Positions 30,872-40,885 of a DNA stretch of 64,000 nucleotides are shown piece after piece. The translations under genes were made by a program, and so were the position numbers. A model generated the notes under the pieces. The model was not told where the DNA came from and did not search any database. It saw nothing but the letters and a program-made list of their open reading frames with translations. The stretch is from assembly GCA_963844035.1 (NCBI GenBank), contig CAWJMT010000035.1, positions 160,001-224,000 on the forward strand, given 5' to 3'. This stretch comes from an uncultured Gemmatimonadales bacterium (GTDB lineage: Bacteria > Gemmatimonadota > Gemmatimonadetes > Gemmatimonadales > GWC2-71-9). The first letter of the stretch is position 1. Each line of letters begins with the position of its first letter.

Positions 30872-32812
30872 CTACGCCGCGGTGGAGTTCTGGAAGACCT
30901 TGGCGTCGACGAAGAGACCGAACAACGAACCGTCGAGCTGCCCGGAGCTGACCTCTCCGCTCATGATGTCGAGCGCCCGCGTCGAGGCGACAGCGGGTTT
31001 GTACGGCCGGTCGGCCGCGGTCAACGCGTCATAGATGTCGCTGATCGTCATCATGCGGGTCTGGATCGGGATGCCGTCCGCCGTCACCCCCCGCGGATAA
31101 CCCTGCCCGTCGAGCTTTTCGTGGTGGCCGTAGGCGATGAACGGAATCTGCTGCAGCTCCCGCGTCCAGGGGATCTGCTGCAAGAACCGGTATGTGAGGT
31201 TCACGTGGCTCTCGATTTCGGTCCGCTCCCGCTCGTCCAGACTCCCCTTCGCGATCGTGAGGAACCGGATCTCTTCGCTGGTGAGATACGGGCGCCGTTG
31301 CCCTTCGATGTCGTCGTATTCGCGCTGGGCGAAGCGTGCGAGGTGCCCGGTTTGCTCCTCCCGGAGCACGGTGGGCTCGTTCGCCTGCTCGACCAGGCGC
31401 ACGAACCCCTCGAGCTCCAGGCCTTCCTGCCGGTAGGCCTCTTCGAGCTCGGCGAGGAACGCCGCGTAGCCGCTCCGGTCATGCTGCTCCAGGAACTCCG
31501 CGCGCCGCCGCCAGTAGTCGCGTTCGCCGGTGCGGCGGAGGAACGCGTAGCGCTGCTTGATCAGGGACAGGTCCTGCGGGTATAGCTTCTTCGCCTTCAC
31601 CAGCACCTGCTCCCGTACCCCGACCTTGCCGAAATCGTGCAGCAGCCCCGCGTAGCGGATCTCGCGCAATTGCTCGCGGGTGAACGTGATGTTGCGGAAC
31701 ACACCGTTGCTCGCGCGATCGACCGCCTCGGCGAGCACGACCGTCATGTGCGCCACCCGCCCGCTGTGGCCGAAGGTCGTCGGATCCCGCTGCTCGATCG
31801 CGGTGACGGCGGCGAGGACGAACCCTTCGAACAGCCGCTCGATGTCCTCGTACAGCCTGCTGTTCTCGATTGCGACCGCCGCTTGTCCGGCGAGCGCCGT
31901 GACGAGCTCGACCGTCCGTTTCGAGTAGGGCACGACCTGCTGGTCGACCACGGCGGGGCTCGAGAGGACGACATCGAACTGCCGCTTGCGATTGATCAGC
32001 TGCAGCACGCCGATGAGCTGATTCTTGTGATCCTTCATCGGAATGACGAGCATCGACTTGGTGTGGTATCCGTAGCGCTCGTCAAACGATCGATTGATCG
32101 AATACTCGACGTCGGGCGGCAGGAAGTACGCGTCGTCGATGATCAGCGGCTCGCCGGTTGTGGCGGCGTGCCCGGCGAGGCTCGTGCGGTCGACCGGGAC
32201 GGTGAACTCGACGAATGGCGCTTCGGGCTTCGAGAAGGTCTGGGCGATGCGGATGCGCAGCCGCCTGGGACCCTGCTCGGTGGTCTCGACCAGGTACAGG
32301 CTGCCGGCGTCGGAAGACGTGATCCGCCGGGCCTGGGTCAGAATCAGATCGAGCAGCGTCTTGAGGTCGCGCTCCGTGCCCAGCGCGACGCCGATCCGCG
32401 TCAACTCACCGATCTCGCGGCTGCGCTGGGCTGCCTCCCCGCGCGCCCGGGCCGTCTCGGCACGCGCCGCCGCCTCCCGGAATCCGGAGCGCACGGCGAC
32501 GAGAAATTCGCGCGAGCCGGCGGGATGGCGCACGAAGCCGGAGAGCAGCTCCGCCGGCAGGTCGCCCGGGACGTCGACCTCGCCGTCCCGGCCGAGCGCC
32601 ACGATGGCTCCGCCGGCGTCCACCAGGGAGCGCAACACGTCGAGCGGGAACGTCGAGCGGTTGTGCGGGTCGAGCACGAGAACGGTGGGACGTTCGTCGG
32701 CCACCACCTCGCTCGGGAGCCGAACTTCGCGACGCTCGACCTGGGACACCTCGAGGGCGGGTGTCAGGGGACCCGGCTGCCACGTTGGGGCGTGGAGCAG
32801 CAGGTATCTCAC
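30872..32812 (-). CDS. GAF + HD-GYP phosphohydrolase
   Basis: GAF (SDAGSLY...SMLVIPM...VLQLIN), HSGRV, LLHDFGK, HHEKLDGQGYP, SDIYDAL. Confidence 0.92.
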   Translation of the reverse strand: MRYLLLHAPTWQPGPLTPALEVSQVERREVRLPSEVVADERPTVLVLDPHNRSTFPLDVLRSLVDAGGAIVALGRDGEVDVPGDLPAELLSGFVRHPAGSREFLVAVRSGFREAAARAETARARGEAAQRSREIGELTRIGVALGTERDLKTLLDLILTQARRITSSDAGSLYLVETTEQGPRRLRIRIAQTFSKPEAPFVEFTVPVDRTSLAGHAATTGEPLIIDDAYFLPPDVEYSINRSFDERYGYHTKSMLVIPMKDHKNQLIGVLQLINRKRQFDVVLSSPAVVDQQVVPYSKRTVELVTALAGQAAVAIENSRLYEDIERLFEGFVLAAVTAIEQRDPTTFGHSGRVAHMTVVLAEAVDRASNGVFRNITFTREQLREIRYAGLLHDFGKVGVREQVLVKAKKLYPQDLSLIKQRYAFLRRTGERDYWRRRAEFLEQHDRSGYAAFLAELEEAYRQEGLELEGFVRLVEQANEPTVLREEQTGHLARFAQREYDDIEGQRRPYLTSEEIRFLTIAKGSLDERERTEIESHVNLTYRFLQQIPWTRELQQIPFIAYGHHEKLDGQGYPRGVTADGIPIQTRMMTISDIYDALTAADRPYKPAVASTRALDIMSGEVSSGQLDGSLFGLFVDAKVFQNSTAA

Positions 32813-32882
32813 GGCGGTGCCGGGGAGCGCATGGCCGGCGGCGGGCGACCGTGCCGGCGGGACAGGTCGGTCACCGTCCGGG

Positions 32883-33593
32883 TCAGGAGTTCTTGAGGCG
32901 TTTCAACCCTTCGGTCGCTTCCGCGTACTCGGGGAACACGGCGATCGCCCGCTGGTACATGTCGGCGGCCTTGTCCGGCTCGCCGCGGTCCTGGTACAGC
33001 AGGGCCCGCGAGTAGAACGTCAGCGCTTCGGTCGGCACCTGACGATTCATGCGCTGATCGGACGCCGGCTTGGACAGCGGCGGCAGCGTGGCGTCCTTCA
33101 TCAGCTTGGTCGCGACGGTCTTGATGACGTCGTACAGGTGGTCCCGCTGCATCCGCTCCGATTCGACTTTGACGATCTCGCTCGTCTCGACGTTCACCAG
33201 GCGCGCGTCCACCCGGAAGTCGCCGTAGAAATCGATGAACGTACCAAGCACCACGTAGCGAGCCCCGACCAGCTTGCCGATCTTGGCGCCCGTCAGGGGG
33301 TCCACCCGTCCGGAGGTGCCGAGGTTCTGCTCGTCGAGCAGCTTCTGGATGTCCTCACGCTCGACCACGCGGGCTGCCGGATTCTGAGCGAGCTCGGAGA
33401 TCAGCATGCCCGCGATGCCCTTCTGCAGGGCGTCGAAGTTTTCCTTGTCCTGCCCGTAGGATCCGCCGTTGTCGAACGGCATCACCGCGATCCCGGGCCG
33501 GGCGTCAGAGGTGCGCGCCTGGGCTCCCACGCCGCCGACGGCGAGCGAGAGGAGTGCGACGCACAGGACAACCATGCTCGAACGCGAGATCAT
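32883..33593 (-). CDS. CsgG/HfaB-like exported protein with C-terminal TPR
   Basis: AAGGAG RBS; signal peptide; IAVMPF, VVERE, KIGKLVGA, ARLVNVETSEI; TPR-like helix pair. Confidence 0.8.
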   Translation of the reverse strand: MISRSSMVVLCVALLSLAVGGVGAQARTSDARPGIAVMPFDNGGSYGQDKENFDALQKGIAGMLISELAQNPAARVVEREDIQKLLDEQNLGTSGRVDPLTGAKIGKLVGARYVVLGTFIDFYGDFRVDARLVNVETSEIVKVESERMQRDHLYDVIKTVATKLMKDATLPPLSKPASDQRMNRQVPTEALTFYSRALLYQDRGEPDKAADMYQRAIAVFPEYAEATEGLKRLKNS

Positions 33594-33610
33594 ATCCGGT
33601 CTCCTTCGGG

Positions 33611-34489
33611 TCAAAGAGTCAGCTTCATGCCTTCCTGCGCCGCTAGCACCTCGAGCGGTCGGCCGCGCCGCCGCGCTTGCTGGCGCGCGTCCGCGACCAA
33701 CGCGTCGATCTCGCTGTCGCCGTGCTCGGGCTCGTGGTGAAATAGGACCAGCCGGTCCACGCCCGCGTCTGCGGCGACCGCCACCGCTTCCTCGAAAGTC
33801 GAGTGCCCCCACCCCCGGTGCGATTCCAGCTCCAGCGGCGTGTACATCGCATCGTGGATCAGCAGCTCGACGCCCTTCAAGAACGCGACGAACTCATCGC
33901 GCCAATTCGGCGCCGTCCGGTAGTTGCCCGCCGGGCCGAGCTCATTGTCCGTCACATACGCCATGCTGGGCCCACCCGCCGTCGGCGTCAGTCGATAGCC
34001 CAGCGTGGTGCCGGGATGCCGCAGTCGCATCGACCGGACGGCAAACGCGCCGACGGTGAACTCTTCGGCCTCGACTTGTTGCACTGTCAGCTTGGCTGAG
34101 AGTGCATCCAGCGGCACCGGAAAGACGGCGGGGTCCATCTGCTGGCGCAAAATCGCCTCGAGCGACGTCGTCCCCTGGCGCGAGCCCCAGATCCGCACCC
34201 AGTTCCCAGGGGCGAAAAACGGCTTGAAGTGCGGGAGCCCTTGAATGTGGTCCCAGTGCGCATGTGAGAGCAGGATCTCTGCGTTCACCGCGCCGTTTTG
34301 CCGTTCGACCAGCTCGAGGCCCAGGGCCCGGATGCCGGTCCCGGCGTCGAGGATCACCAATTCGCCTTTGGGCCCTTCGACGGCTACGCACGGGGTATTC
34401 CCGCCGTAGCGGGCGGTGTGTGCTCCGGGCGTGGGGATCGATCCCCGCGTTCCCCAGAACGTTACCGTGTACGCCGAGTGATTAGGCAA
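33611..34489 (-). CDS. MBL-fold metallo-hydrolase
   Basis: WGTRGSIP, GGNTPC, SHAHWDH, WGHS, LFHH. Confidence 0.9.
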   Translation of the reverse strand: MPNHSAYTVTFWGTRGSIPTPGAHTARYGGNTPCVAVEGPKGELVILDAGTGIRALGLELVERQNGAVNAEILLSHAHWDHIQGLPHFKPFFAPGNWVRIWGSRQGTTSLEAILRQQMDPAVFPVPLDALSAKLTVQQVEAEEFTVGAFAVRSMRLRHPGTTLGYRLTPTAGGPSMAYVTDNELGPAGNYRTAPNWRDEFVAFLKGVELLIHDAMYTPLELESHRGWGHSTFEEAVAVAADAGVDRLVLFHHEPEHGDSEIDALVADARQQARRRGRPLEVLAAQEGMKLTL

Positions 34490-34556
34490 GCCGCATCCCG
34501 CCGCTAAGTTACTGAAAATTCAATACGTAGAACAAGATTCCGCCTCACTCGCAGGC

Positions 34557-34572
34557 CGTGATGCACCTCACG
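34557..34572. promoter_or_regulatory. CRP-type operator CGTGA-N6-TCACG
   Basis: Symmetric half-sites overlapping the crp stop codon, 68 bp upstream of the MBL gene start. Confidence 0.5.
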
Positions 34573-35245
34573 AGCGTCCGGCCGACGATTCCAGTGCGGC
34601 GCGGTCGCGGATCTGGATCTCGCGGCGGCTGACGGTGATGGAGCCCTTGTCGACAAGCTCCCGCATGGTGCGGCTGACCGTTTCCCGGCTGGAGCCGATC
34701 ATCTGGGCAATGGTGTGGTGGGTAAGGCGCCTGGTGATGCGGTCGGTACCTGCCTCGTCGGCAAGGTCCAGGAGGAGCTGGGCCACGCGCCCGTTGACGT
34801 CGAGCAGCACCAGGCTGCCCACTTTTTCGTCCACGCGTCGCAACCGGCGGGATAACTCGCGCAGCAAGACGAGGGCGATCCCAGGGGTCTGCTTGAGGAG
34901 ATCCTGAAAGTCCTCCCGGCGGATCACCAGTAAGCTCGAGTCCTCCATGGCGATCACGTGGGCGGAGCGGGGCTCGTCGTCGATGAGCGCCATCTCACCG
35001 AAGAACTCTCCCTCGCCCATCACCGACAGGATCACCTCTCGGCCGTCCTCACCGATGAGCACGACCTTGACCTGACCTTGGGCGACCACATATAGGGCAT
35101 CGCCGGGGTCGTCCTCGAACAGGATGACGGAGTTTCGTGGGTAGGAACGCTCGCGGGCGATCTCGGCAACACGATCGAGATCGGGCGGCGCGAGTTGGCC
35201 GAAGAGCGGGACTTTTCGGAGGATGTCGGTAACCGACACAGTCAC
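34568..35245 (-). CDS. Crp/Fnr family transcriptional regulator
   Basis: GEMALIDDEPRSA cNMP pocket; SSRETVSR recognition helix. Confidence 0.95.
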   Translation of the reverse strand: MTVSVTDILRKVPLFGQLAPPDLDRVAEIARERSYPRNSVILFEDDPGDALYVVAQGQVKVVLIGEDGREVILSVMGEGEFFGEMALIDDEPRSAHVIAMEDSSLLVIRREDFQDLLKQTPGIALVLLRELSRRLRRVDEKVGSLVLLDVNGRVAQLLLDLADEAGTDRITRRLTHHTIAQMIGSSRETVSRTMRELVDKGSITVSRREIQIRDRAALESSAGRS

Positions 35246-35418
35246 ATCCCCTCTAAGGCTTTGGGGTAGCTGAAGGTGGCAAGCTTACGTCGCTCCCTGC
35301 TCCGTGTCAATTCTTGACACGGGACGGCTCCTTGCCGCGCCCTTCCAGGGCCATCTATATTTATCTACTTGATTTAGCTACTTGGGGCCGTTCGAATACT
35401 CAGGCAAGGAATAAAGCA

Positions 35419-35631
35419 GTGAAACCCGGTATCCACCCCTCCTATCATCGCGCGACCGTCCAGTGCGCCTGTGGGAACACGTTTGTCACCCAGTCCACGG
35501 TAGCGGCCGTTCACGTCGAAATCTGCTCCCAGTGCCACCCCTACTACACCGGCAAGCAGAAGTTAATGGACACCGCCGGCCGCGTGGAGCGATTCCGCCA
35601 GAAATACCGGACTGACAAGGTCGGGGGCTGA
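35419..35631 (+). CDS. rpmE: 50S ribosomal protein L31 (Zn-binding type)
   Basis: [26 protein letters not shown]. Confidence 0.97.
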   Translation: MKPGIHPSYHRATVQCACGNTFVTQSTVAAVHVEICSQCHPYYTGKQKLMDTAGRVERFRQKYRTDKVGG

Positions 35632-35634
35632 CCT

Positions 35635-36693
35635 GTGGAGGCCCGACTCCGCCAAGCGTTGGCGCGGGCGGAGGAGGTTGCACGTGAGCTGGCGAACCCC
35701 GAAACGGCTCGTAACCCGGCCAAATTGAAGCAGCTGGGGCGTGAGCACGCCCGGCTCGACGCCATCCGGCAGGCCCACACCCGGCTGGAGCAGATGGAGC
35801 ACGAGCTCGCGCAGGCGCGGGAGGTGCTGCAGGACCAGGACCCAGAGCTGTCCCAGCTGGCCAAGTCCGACATCGAGCGCCTGCGTCCCGAAATGGAACG
35901 TGTCGAGCGGGAGCTGACCGAGCTCCTGACCCCCAACGACCCCCTGGACGATCGCGACGCCATCGTGGAAATCCGGGCTGGGGCCGGAGGCGACGAGGCC
36001 GCCCTCTTCGCCGCCGAGCTGTTCCGGATGTACACCCGCTTCAGCGAGCGTCGGGGCTGGAAGGTCGAGGTCCTGTCGCTGTCCGACGGCACCCTGGGTG
36101 GTCTCAAGGAGGCGATCTTCGCGGCGCGGGGCTCCAAGGCGTACGGGACGCTCCGTTATGAGTCGGGGGTCCACCGGGTGCAGCGGGTCCCGGTGACCGA
36201 GGCGCAGGGGCGGATTCACACGTCCGCCGCGACCGTGGCCGTCCTGCCGGAAGCGGAGGAGGTGGACGTCAAGATCGAAGACAAGGACCTCCGCATCGAC
36301 GTGTTCCGCTCCTCGGGGCCCGGCGGTCAGAGTGTCAACACGACCGATTCCGCAGTCCGGGTGACCCATATCCCGACCGGGCTCGTGGTCCAGTGCCAGG
36401 ACCAGAAGTCCCAGCTCCAAAACAAGATCAAGGCGCTCGAGATCCTGCGGTCCCGGCTGCTCGACCGCATGATCGCCGTGCAGGAGGCCGCGCGGGCTCG
36501 CGAGCGGCGCTCCCAGGTAGGCACGGGTGATCGCTCCGCCAAGATCCGCACGTACAACTTCCCGCAAAACCGCGTCACGGATCATCGCATCCACTACACG
36601 CTGCACAGCCTCGACGACGTCCTGGGGGGGAAGCTCGACGACCTCATCGCCGCGCTCCGGCTCGCGGGCGAGCAGGAACGCCTCAGTGCTTAA
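35635..36693 (+). CDS. prfA: Peptide chain release factor 1
   Basis: PVT motif, GGQ motif, next to prmC. Confidence 0.97.
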   Translation: MEARLRQALARAEEVARELANPETARNPAKLKQLGREHARLDAIRQAHTRLEQMEHELAQAREVLQDQDPELSQLAKSDIERLRPEMERVERELTELLTPNDPLDDRDAIVEIRAGAGGDEAALFAAELFRMYTRFSERRGWKVEVLSLSDGTLGGLKEAIFAARGSKAYGTLRYESGVHRVQRVPVTEAQGRIHTSAATVAVLPEAEEVDVKIEDKDLRIDVFRSSGPGGQSVNTTDSAVRVTHIPTGLVVQCQDQKSQLQNKIKALEILRSRLLDRMIAVQEAARARERRSQVGTGDRSAKIRTYNFPQNRVTDHRIHYTLHSLDDVLGGKLDDLIAALRLAGEQERLSA

Positions 36694-37573
36694 GGTGCAC
36701 GAACCCTCGCTCGCCGACGCGCTCGAGCAGGCGGCCCGGCAGCTCGACCGCGCCGGCGTGCCGCACGGCCGCCGGGAAGCGACCTCGCTGTGGGCCGCGC
36801 TCGTGGGTGTCGCGCCGGGGGATGCGTGGCTCCGCCGCGACCACCCCGCCTCCGACACGGTCTCGCCGCGATTCTGGGAGGCGATCGAGCGCCGATCGAG
36901 CGGCGTCCCCTTCGCCTACGTCGTCGGACGGGCGGCGTTCCGGGAGCTCGAATTGACCGTCGACCCCCGGGCGCTGATCCCGCGCCCGGAGACAGAAGGC
37001 CTGGTACAGCTCGTGTTGCATTGGGCGGCGAAGAGGGACGAGGGAAGGGGGAAGGGTGGGGCGGCGGCCGACATTGGGACTGGGAGCGGGTGTATCGCAT
37101 TGAGCCTGGCCGTCGAGGGTACCTTCGAGCGGGTGGTGGCGGTCGAGCGCTCGCCGGACGCCGCGATGCTGGCGCGCGAGAATGTCGCTCTGGTTCGACC
37201 GCCGGTGCCGGTGGACGTGCGGGAGGGAGACCTGCTGGCCCCGCTTGGGGAGGAGCGATTCCGGGTAATCGTTGCGAATCCCCCATACCTCACGCTGCAG
37301 GAGTACGACGCATTGGACGCATCGGTTCGCGGCTTCGAGCCGCGGGAGGCGCTGGTGAGCGGAGCCGATGGATTGGATGCGACCCGCGCCCTGCTGGCGG
37401 GGGCGGCGGTCCGGCTCGAGCCGGGCGGGCTGCTCGCACTCGAGATCGACGAGCGCCGGGGCGAACAGGTGGACGCGCTCGCGCGCGCCCACGGCTGGGC
37501 CCGCACCACGATTTGCGACGATCTGTTTGGTCGGCAGCGGTACGCGCTGGTATTTTCCAGGGAGGAAGCGTGA
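36686..37573 (+). CDS. prmC: Release factor glutamine methyltransferase
   Basis: [19 protein letters not shown]. Confidence 0.95.
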   Translation: MLKVHEPSLADALEQAARQLDRAGVPHGRREATSLWAALVGVAPGDAWLRRDHPASDTVSPRFWEAIERRSSGVPFAYVVGRAAFRELELTVDPRALIPRPETEGLVQLVLHWAAKRDEGRGKGGAAADIGTGSGCIALSLAVEGTFERVVAVERSPDAAMLARENVALVRPPVPVDVREGDLLAPLGEERFRVIVANPPYLTLQEYDALDASVRGFEPREALVSGADGLDATRALLAGAAVRLEPGGLLALEIDERRGEQVDALARAHGWARTTICDDLFGRQRYALVFSREEA

Positions 37574-37923
37574 TCGACGACAAAGCGTTGGAGCTTGGCC
37601 GCCTCCTCGGCCAGAGCGAGGAATATCGGGTGCTGCTCCGGGCCACCGATCGGATGAAAGCCGACGCCGAGCTCCAGAAGCAGCTCGCCGAAGTTGAGCG
37701 TCTGGCGCAGCAGCTCGAGCGTGCCGCACAGACGGGTCAGGAGCCCGGCAAGGAGCAGATCGAGCAGTACGACGGTGCCCTGCAGGTCGTCCAGGCGAGT
37801 TCGGTGTACCAGCAGGTGGTGGCGGCGCAGGCCAATTTCGAGAAGTTCATGACCAAAGTGAACGCGCGCATCTACGAGGGTCTCAGGAAGGGCGCGGCGA
37901 GCCCGATCATCACCCTCAGCTGA
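37570..37923 (+). CDS. YlbF/YmcA-like helical protein
   Basis: GGAGG RBS; KALELGRLLGQSEEY pattern. Confidence 0.7.
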   Translation: MIDDKALELGRLLGQSEEYRVLLRATDRMKADAELQKQLAEVERLAQQLERAAQTGQEPGKEQIEQYDGALQVVQASSVYQQVVAAQANFEKFMTKVNARIYEGLRKGAASPIITLS

Positions 37924-37925
37924 CG

Positions 37926-38558
37926 ATGGACGGGTTGTTCATCGTGGTCGAAGGACCGGACGGAGCGGGGAAGTCGACGCTGGCGCGGTCACTCGCGACA
38001 CGCTTGCTGGCGGACGGACGGCGCGTCGTGACCGTTCGTGAACCCGGTGGGACGCCGGTGGCGGAAGCCGCCCGCAAAGTGGTGCTGCGGTTCCCGCATG
38101 CCATGAGTCCCGCCGCCGAGCTGTTTCTCATGCTCGCGGCCCGCGCCGACCTGGTGGAACGCGTGATACGTCCGGCGCTCGCGGCGGGTCGGGTGGTGCT
38201 CGCCGACCGCTTCGACCTCTCGACCATGGCCTACCAGGTGGCGGGGGGCGGGATGGCGCGCGAGGCGGTCGAGGCCACGAATCGCGTGGCGACGGGCGGG
38301 CTCGAGCCCGACCTCACGCTTGTGCTCGACGTGCCGGTGGCCACCGGACGTGAACGGCAGCGGCAGGGGCGCAGGGTCCGGGACCGCTTCGAGCGGCGGG
38401 AAGATGCGTTTCATCAGCGCGTGCTCCAGGCGTACCGGGACGCGGCGGGCCCCGGCATCGTGCATATCGATGCGTCGCAGTCCAAGCAGGCCGTGCAGGA
38501 CGCGGCATGGCGCGAGATCATCGCGGCCACCGCGCATACCACACGAGGCGTCCAATGA
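37926..38558 (+). CDS. tmk: Thymidylate kinase
   Basis: EGPDGAGKST, REPGG, DRF..STMAYQ. Confidence 0.95.
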   Translation: MDGLFIVVEGPDGAGKSTLARSLATRLLADGRRVVTVREPGGTPVAEAARKVVLRFPHAMSPAAELFLMLAARADLVERVIRPALAAGRVVLADRFDLSTMAYQVAGGGMAREAVEATNRVATGGLEPDLTLVLDVPVATGRERQRQGRRVRDRFERREDAFHQRVLQAYRDAAGPGIVHIDASQSKQAVQDAAWREIIAATAHTTRGVQ

Positions 38559-40178
38559 AGCACCGCAAAGTGTTCGTTGTCACCGGCATCATGGCGGTGG
38601 CGCTGGTGAGCGGCGGCTGGCTGTTGCAGCACGAAGCCGCGCCGGTCGGATCGGTGTATCGCCAGGCGCGCGTATTCGAGGACGTGCTGGCACACGTCGC
38701 CGACTACTACGTTGATTCCATCGACGAGCGGCAGCTCTACCAGATGGCGATCGACGGCCTGCTCGACCGCCTGCACGATCCCTACTCGGTCTTCCTCAAG
38801 CGGGATGACTTCCGGGCACTCTCGGAGGCGACCTCGGGCAACTACGGCGGCCTCGGGATCCAAATCGACGTACGCGACGGCTGGATCACCGTGATCGCCC
38901 CGCTGCCCGAAACGCCGGCCGACAATGCCGGCATCATGTCGGGAGACCAGGTGGTGGCGCTCGACGGCCGTTCGACCGAAGGGTGGAAGAACGATCAGGC
39001 GGTCAAGGAGCTGCGCGGCCAGCCGGGGAGCACGGTCGAGCTCCGGGTGCGGCGCGTGGGCGTGGAGCAGCCGCTCACCTTCAAGATCACGCGCGCGATC
39101 ATCCACATCCACTCGGTATACGTGTCGCAGATGCTCGACGACAAGGTCGGCTTCATCGCGCTCTCGCCCGTGAGCGAGACCTCGGCGTCGGAGGTCACCA
39201 AGGCAATCCTCGACCTCACCAAGAAGGGGATGAAGGCGCTGATCCTCGACCTGCGCGGCAACCCGGGTGGCTTGCTCGATCAGGGGATCGCGGTCAGCGA
39301 CCTGTTCCTCGATCCGGGCCAGGAAGTGGTGGAAACCCGCGGCCGGACGCCGAGCAGCTCGCGTCTGTTCCGGGATTCCAAGCAGCAGGAATGGCCAGCC
39401 CTGCCGATCGTTGTCCTGGTGAACGGGGGTTCGGCCAGCGCGGCCGAGATCATCGCCGGCGCGCTGCAGGACCATGACCGCGCGCTCCTGGTGGGAGCAC
39501 CCACATTCGGCAAGGGACTGGTGCAGTCCCTCTGGCAGCTGACGCCGGAGACCGCGTTGAAGCTGACGACGGCGCGGTGGTATACGCCGAGCGGTCGCAC
39601 GATTCAGCGCAAGAGCAAGAACGAGGCGGACCAGGAAGCCCAGGTGGCGCTGGCGGAGCAGGGGCGGGACACCCTCCAGCCCGACACGACGCAGTTGTTC
39701 TATACCGACAACGGGCGCGTGGAATACGGTGGCGGGGGGATCCGGCCCGACCTGTTCGTGCCGGCCGACACGCTCTCGACGCCCGAGAAGGCCTTCGTGA
39801 AGGCGTTGGGGAGCAAGATCACCGTCTACCGCGACGTGCTGTCGAGCTATTCGCTCGAGTTGAAGGGCAGCGGTCGGCTCAAGGATCCGGCGTTCGCGGT
39901 AACGGACGACATGGTGCGCACGGTGATGTCCCGCCTGCGCACGCGTGGCGTCACGTTGACGGACGACGCGGCGGCAGCGGGAGCGCAGACGCTCATCACG
40001 CGAGAGCTGGGGTACGAGGCGGTGCAGTACGCCTTCGGACGCACCGCCGAGTTCCGGCGGCGCATGGCGCGACGACCGGCAGATTCGGGAAGCGCTGGCG
40101 CTCGCGCGGCGCGCCAAGTCGCCGCAGGACTTACTGGCGCTGGGTACGGCACACCCGGCTGCGGCACCGCGGAACTAG
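38555..40178 (+). CDS. S41 C-terminal processing peptidase (frameshift near 40070)
   Basis: PDZ (GLGI), DLRGNPGG, SASAAEI, FGKG; end reconstructed. Confidence 0.92.
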
Positions 40179-40185
40179 ACGCCGG

Positions 40186-40851
40186 CTACTGATCGACGAC
40201 CTGTACTCCGCGCGGCACCGAAAACTTGAACTCACCGGCCGGGACCGCGCCGTTCACCTGCAGGCCGCGCAGGATGATGATGCGTTGCTGCCCGGACTCT
40301 TCGGCAATCTCCATCCGGCGCACCAGGCTGTCGCGACGGGCGATCCAGATCACTGCTCCCCGATAGGGAACGCTCGGGTCCTTCGGATCGAGTGCGATGA
40401 CGTCGGCCATCCCGTCGCGAGCCAGTGAGTCGGCCCGGATGTAGCGTGCGGCGTACCGCTCGCGCGCGCGGTCCACGAATTGGCCGATGAGGTTCGGTCC
40501 CGTCGTCCCCACCTTGGGGATCGGCGTGCGGATCACCTGATCCGGAGTGGTGCTGGGCGTGTACAGCCAGAGCGAGCGCCCGTCCGCCACGATACGATCG
40601 CCCGTGGGATGGGTGAAGCGCATCGCGAACAAGCCGGGGGGCTCCTGGTACAATTTCCCCCGCGTTGTGTCCGGTTCCCCGACCAGTGGGTTGATCACCA
40701 CCTGCGTGAAATCCGCCGAGAACGTCCGCACCGTCCGGTACGCCGCGCTCGCGCCGTCGAGAACCGGCCAGGGGTTCTGCGCGGCCAGGCGGGAGGGCGG
40801 GCAGGCGGGTAGGAGCACCGCTACCACCAGCAGTCTCATCGTTGTCTTCAT
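40186..40851 (-). CDS. lolA: Outer-membrane lipoprotein carrier protein
   Basis: Signal peptide; FSADFTQ, IVADGRSLWLYTP, FKFSVP. Confidence 0.8.
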   Translation of the reverse strand: MKTTMRLLVVAVLLPACPPSRLAAQNPWPVLDGASAAYRTVRTFSADFTQVVINPLVGEPDTTRGKLYQEPPGLFAMRFTHPTGDRIVADGRSLWLYTPSTTPDQVIRTPIPKVGTTGPNLIGQFVDRARERYAARYIRADSLARDGMADVIALDPKDPSVPYRGAVIWIARRDSLVRRMEIAEESGQQRIIILRGLQVNGAVPAGEFKFSVPRGVQVVDQ

Positions 40852-40885
40852 CTGTTATTACTACCCGCCTGCCCGCCTACCCGCC
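40788..40885. repeat. Palindromic element of 8-mer repeats (GGCGGG[T/C]A x3 per arm)
   Basis: ggcgggag ggcgggca ggcgggta ... tacccgcc tgcccgcc tacccgcc. Confidence 0.8.

Noticed and set aside
34505..35373. IHF-like sites (TAAGTTACTGAAA, TATCTACTTGATT)
   Set aside because: Only partial consensus matches, not distinguishable from AT-rich promoter DNA.
36689..36700. Third copy of the CCTAAGGTGCAATGG motif (CTTAAGGTGCAC)
   Set aside because: Partial match explained by the prfA stop and prmC coding overlap.
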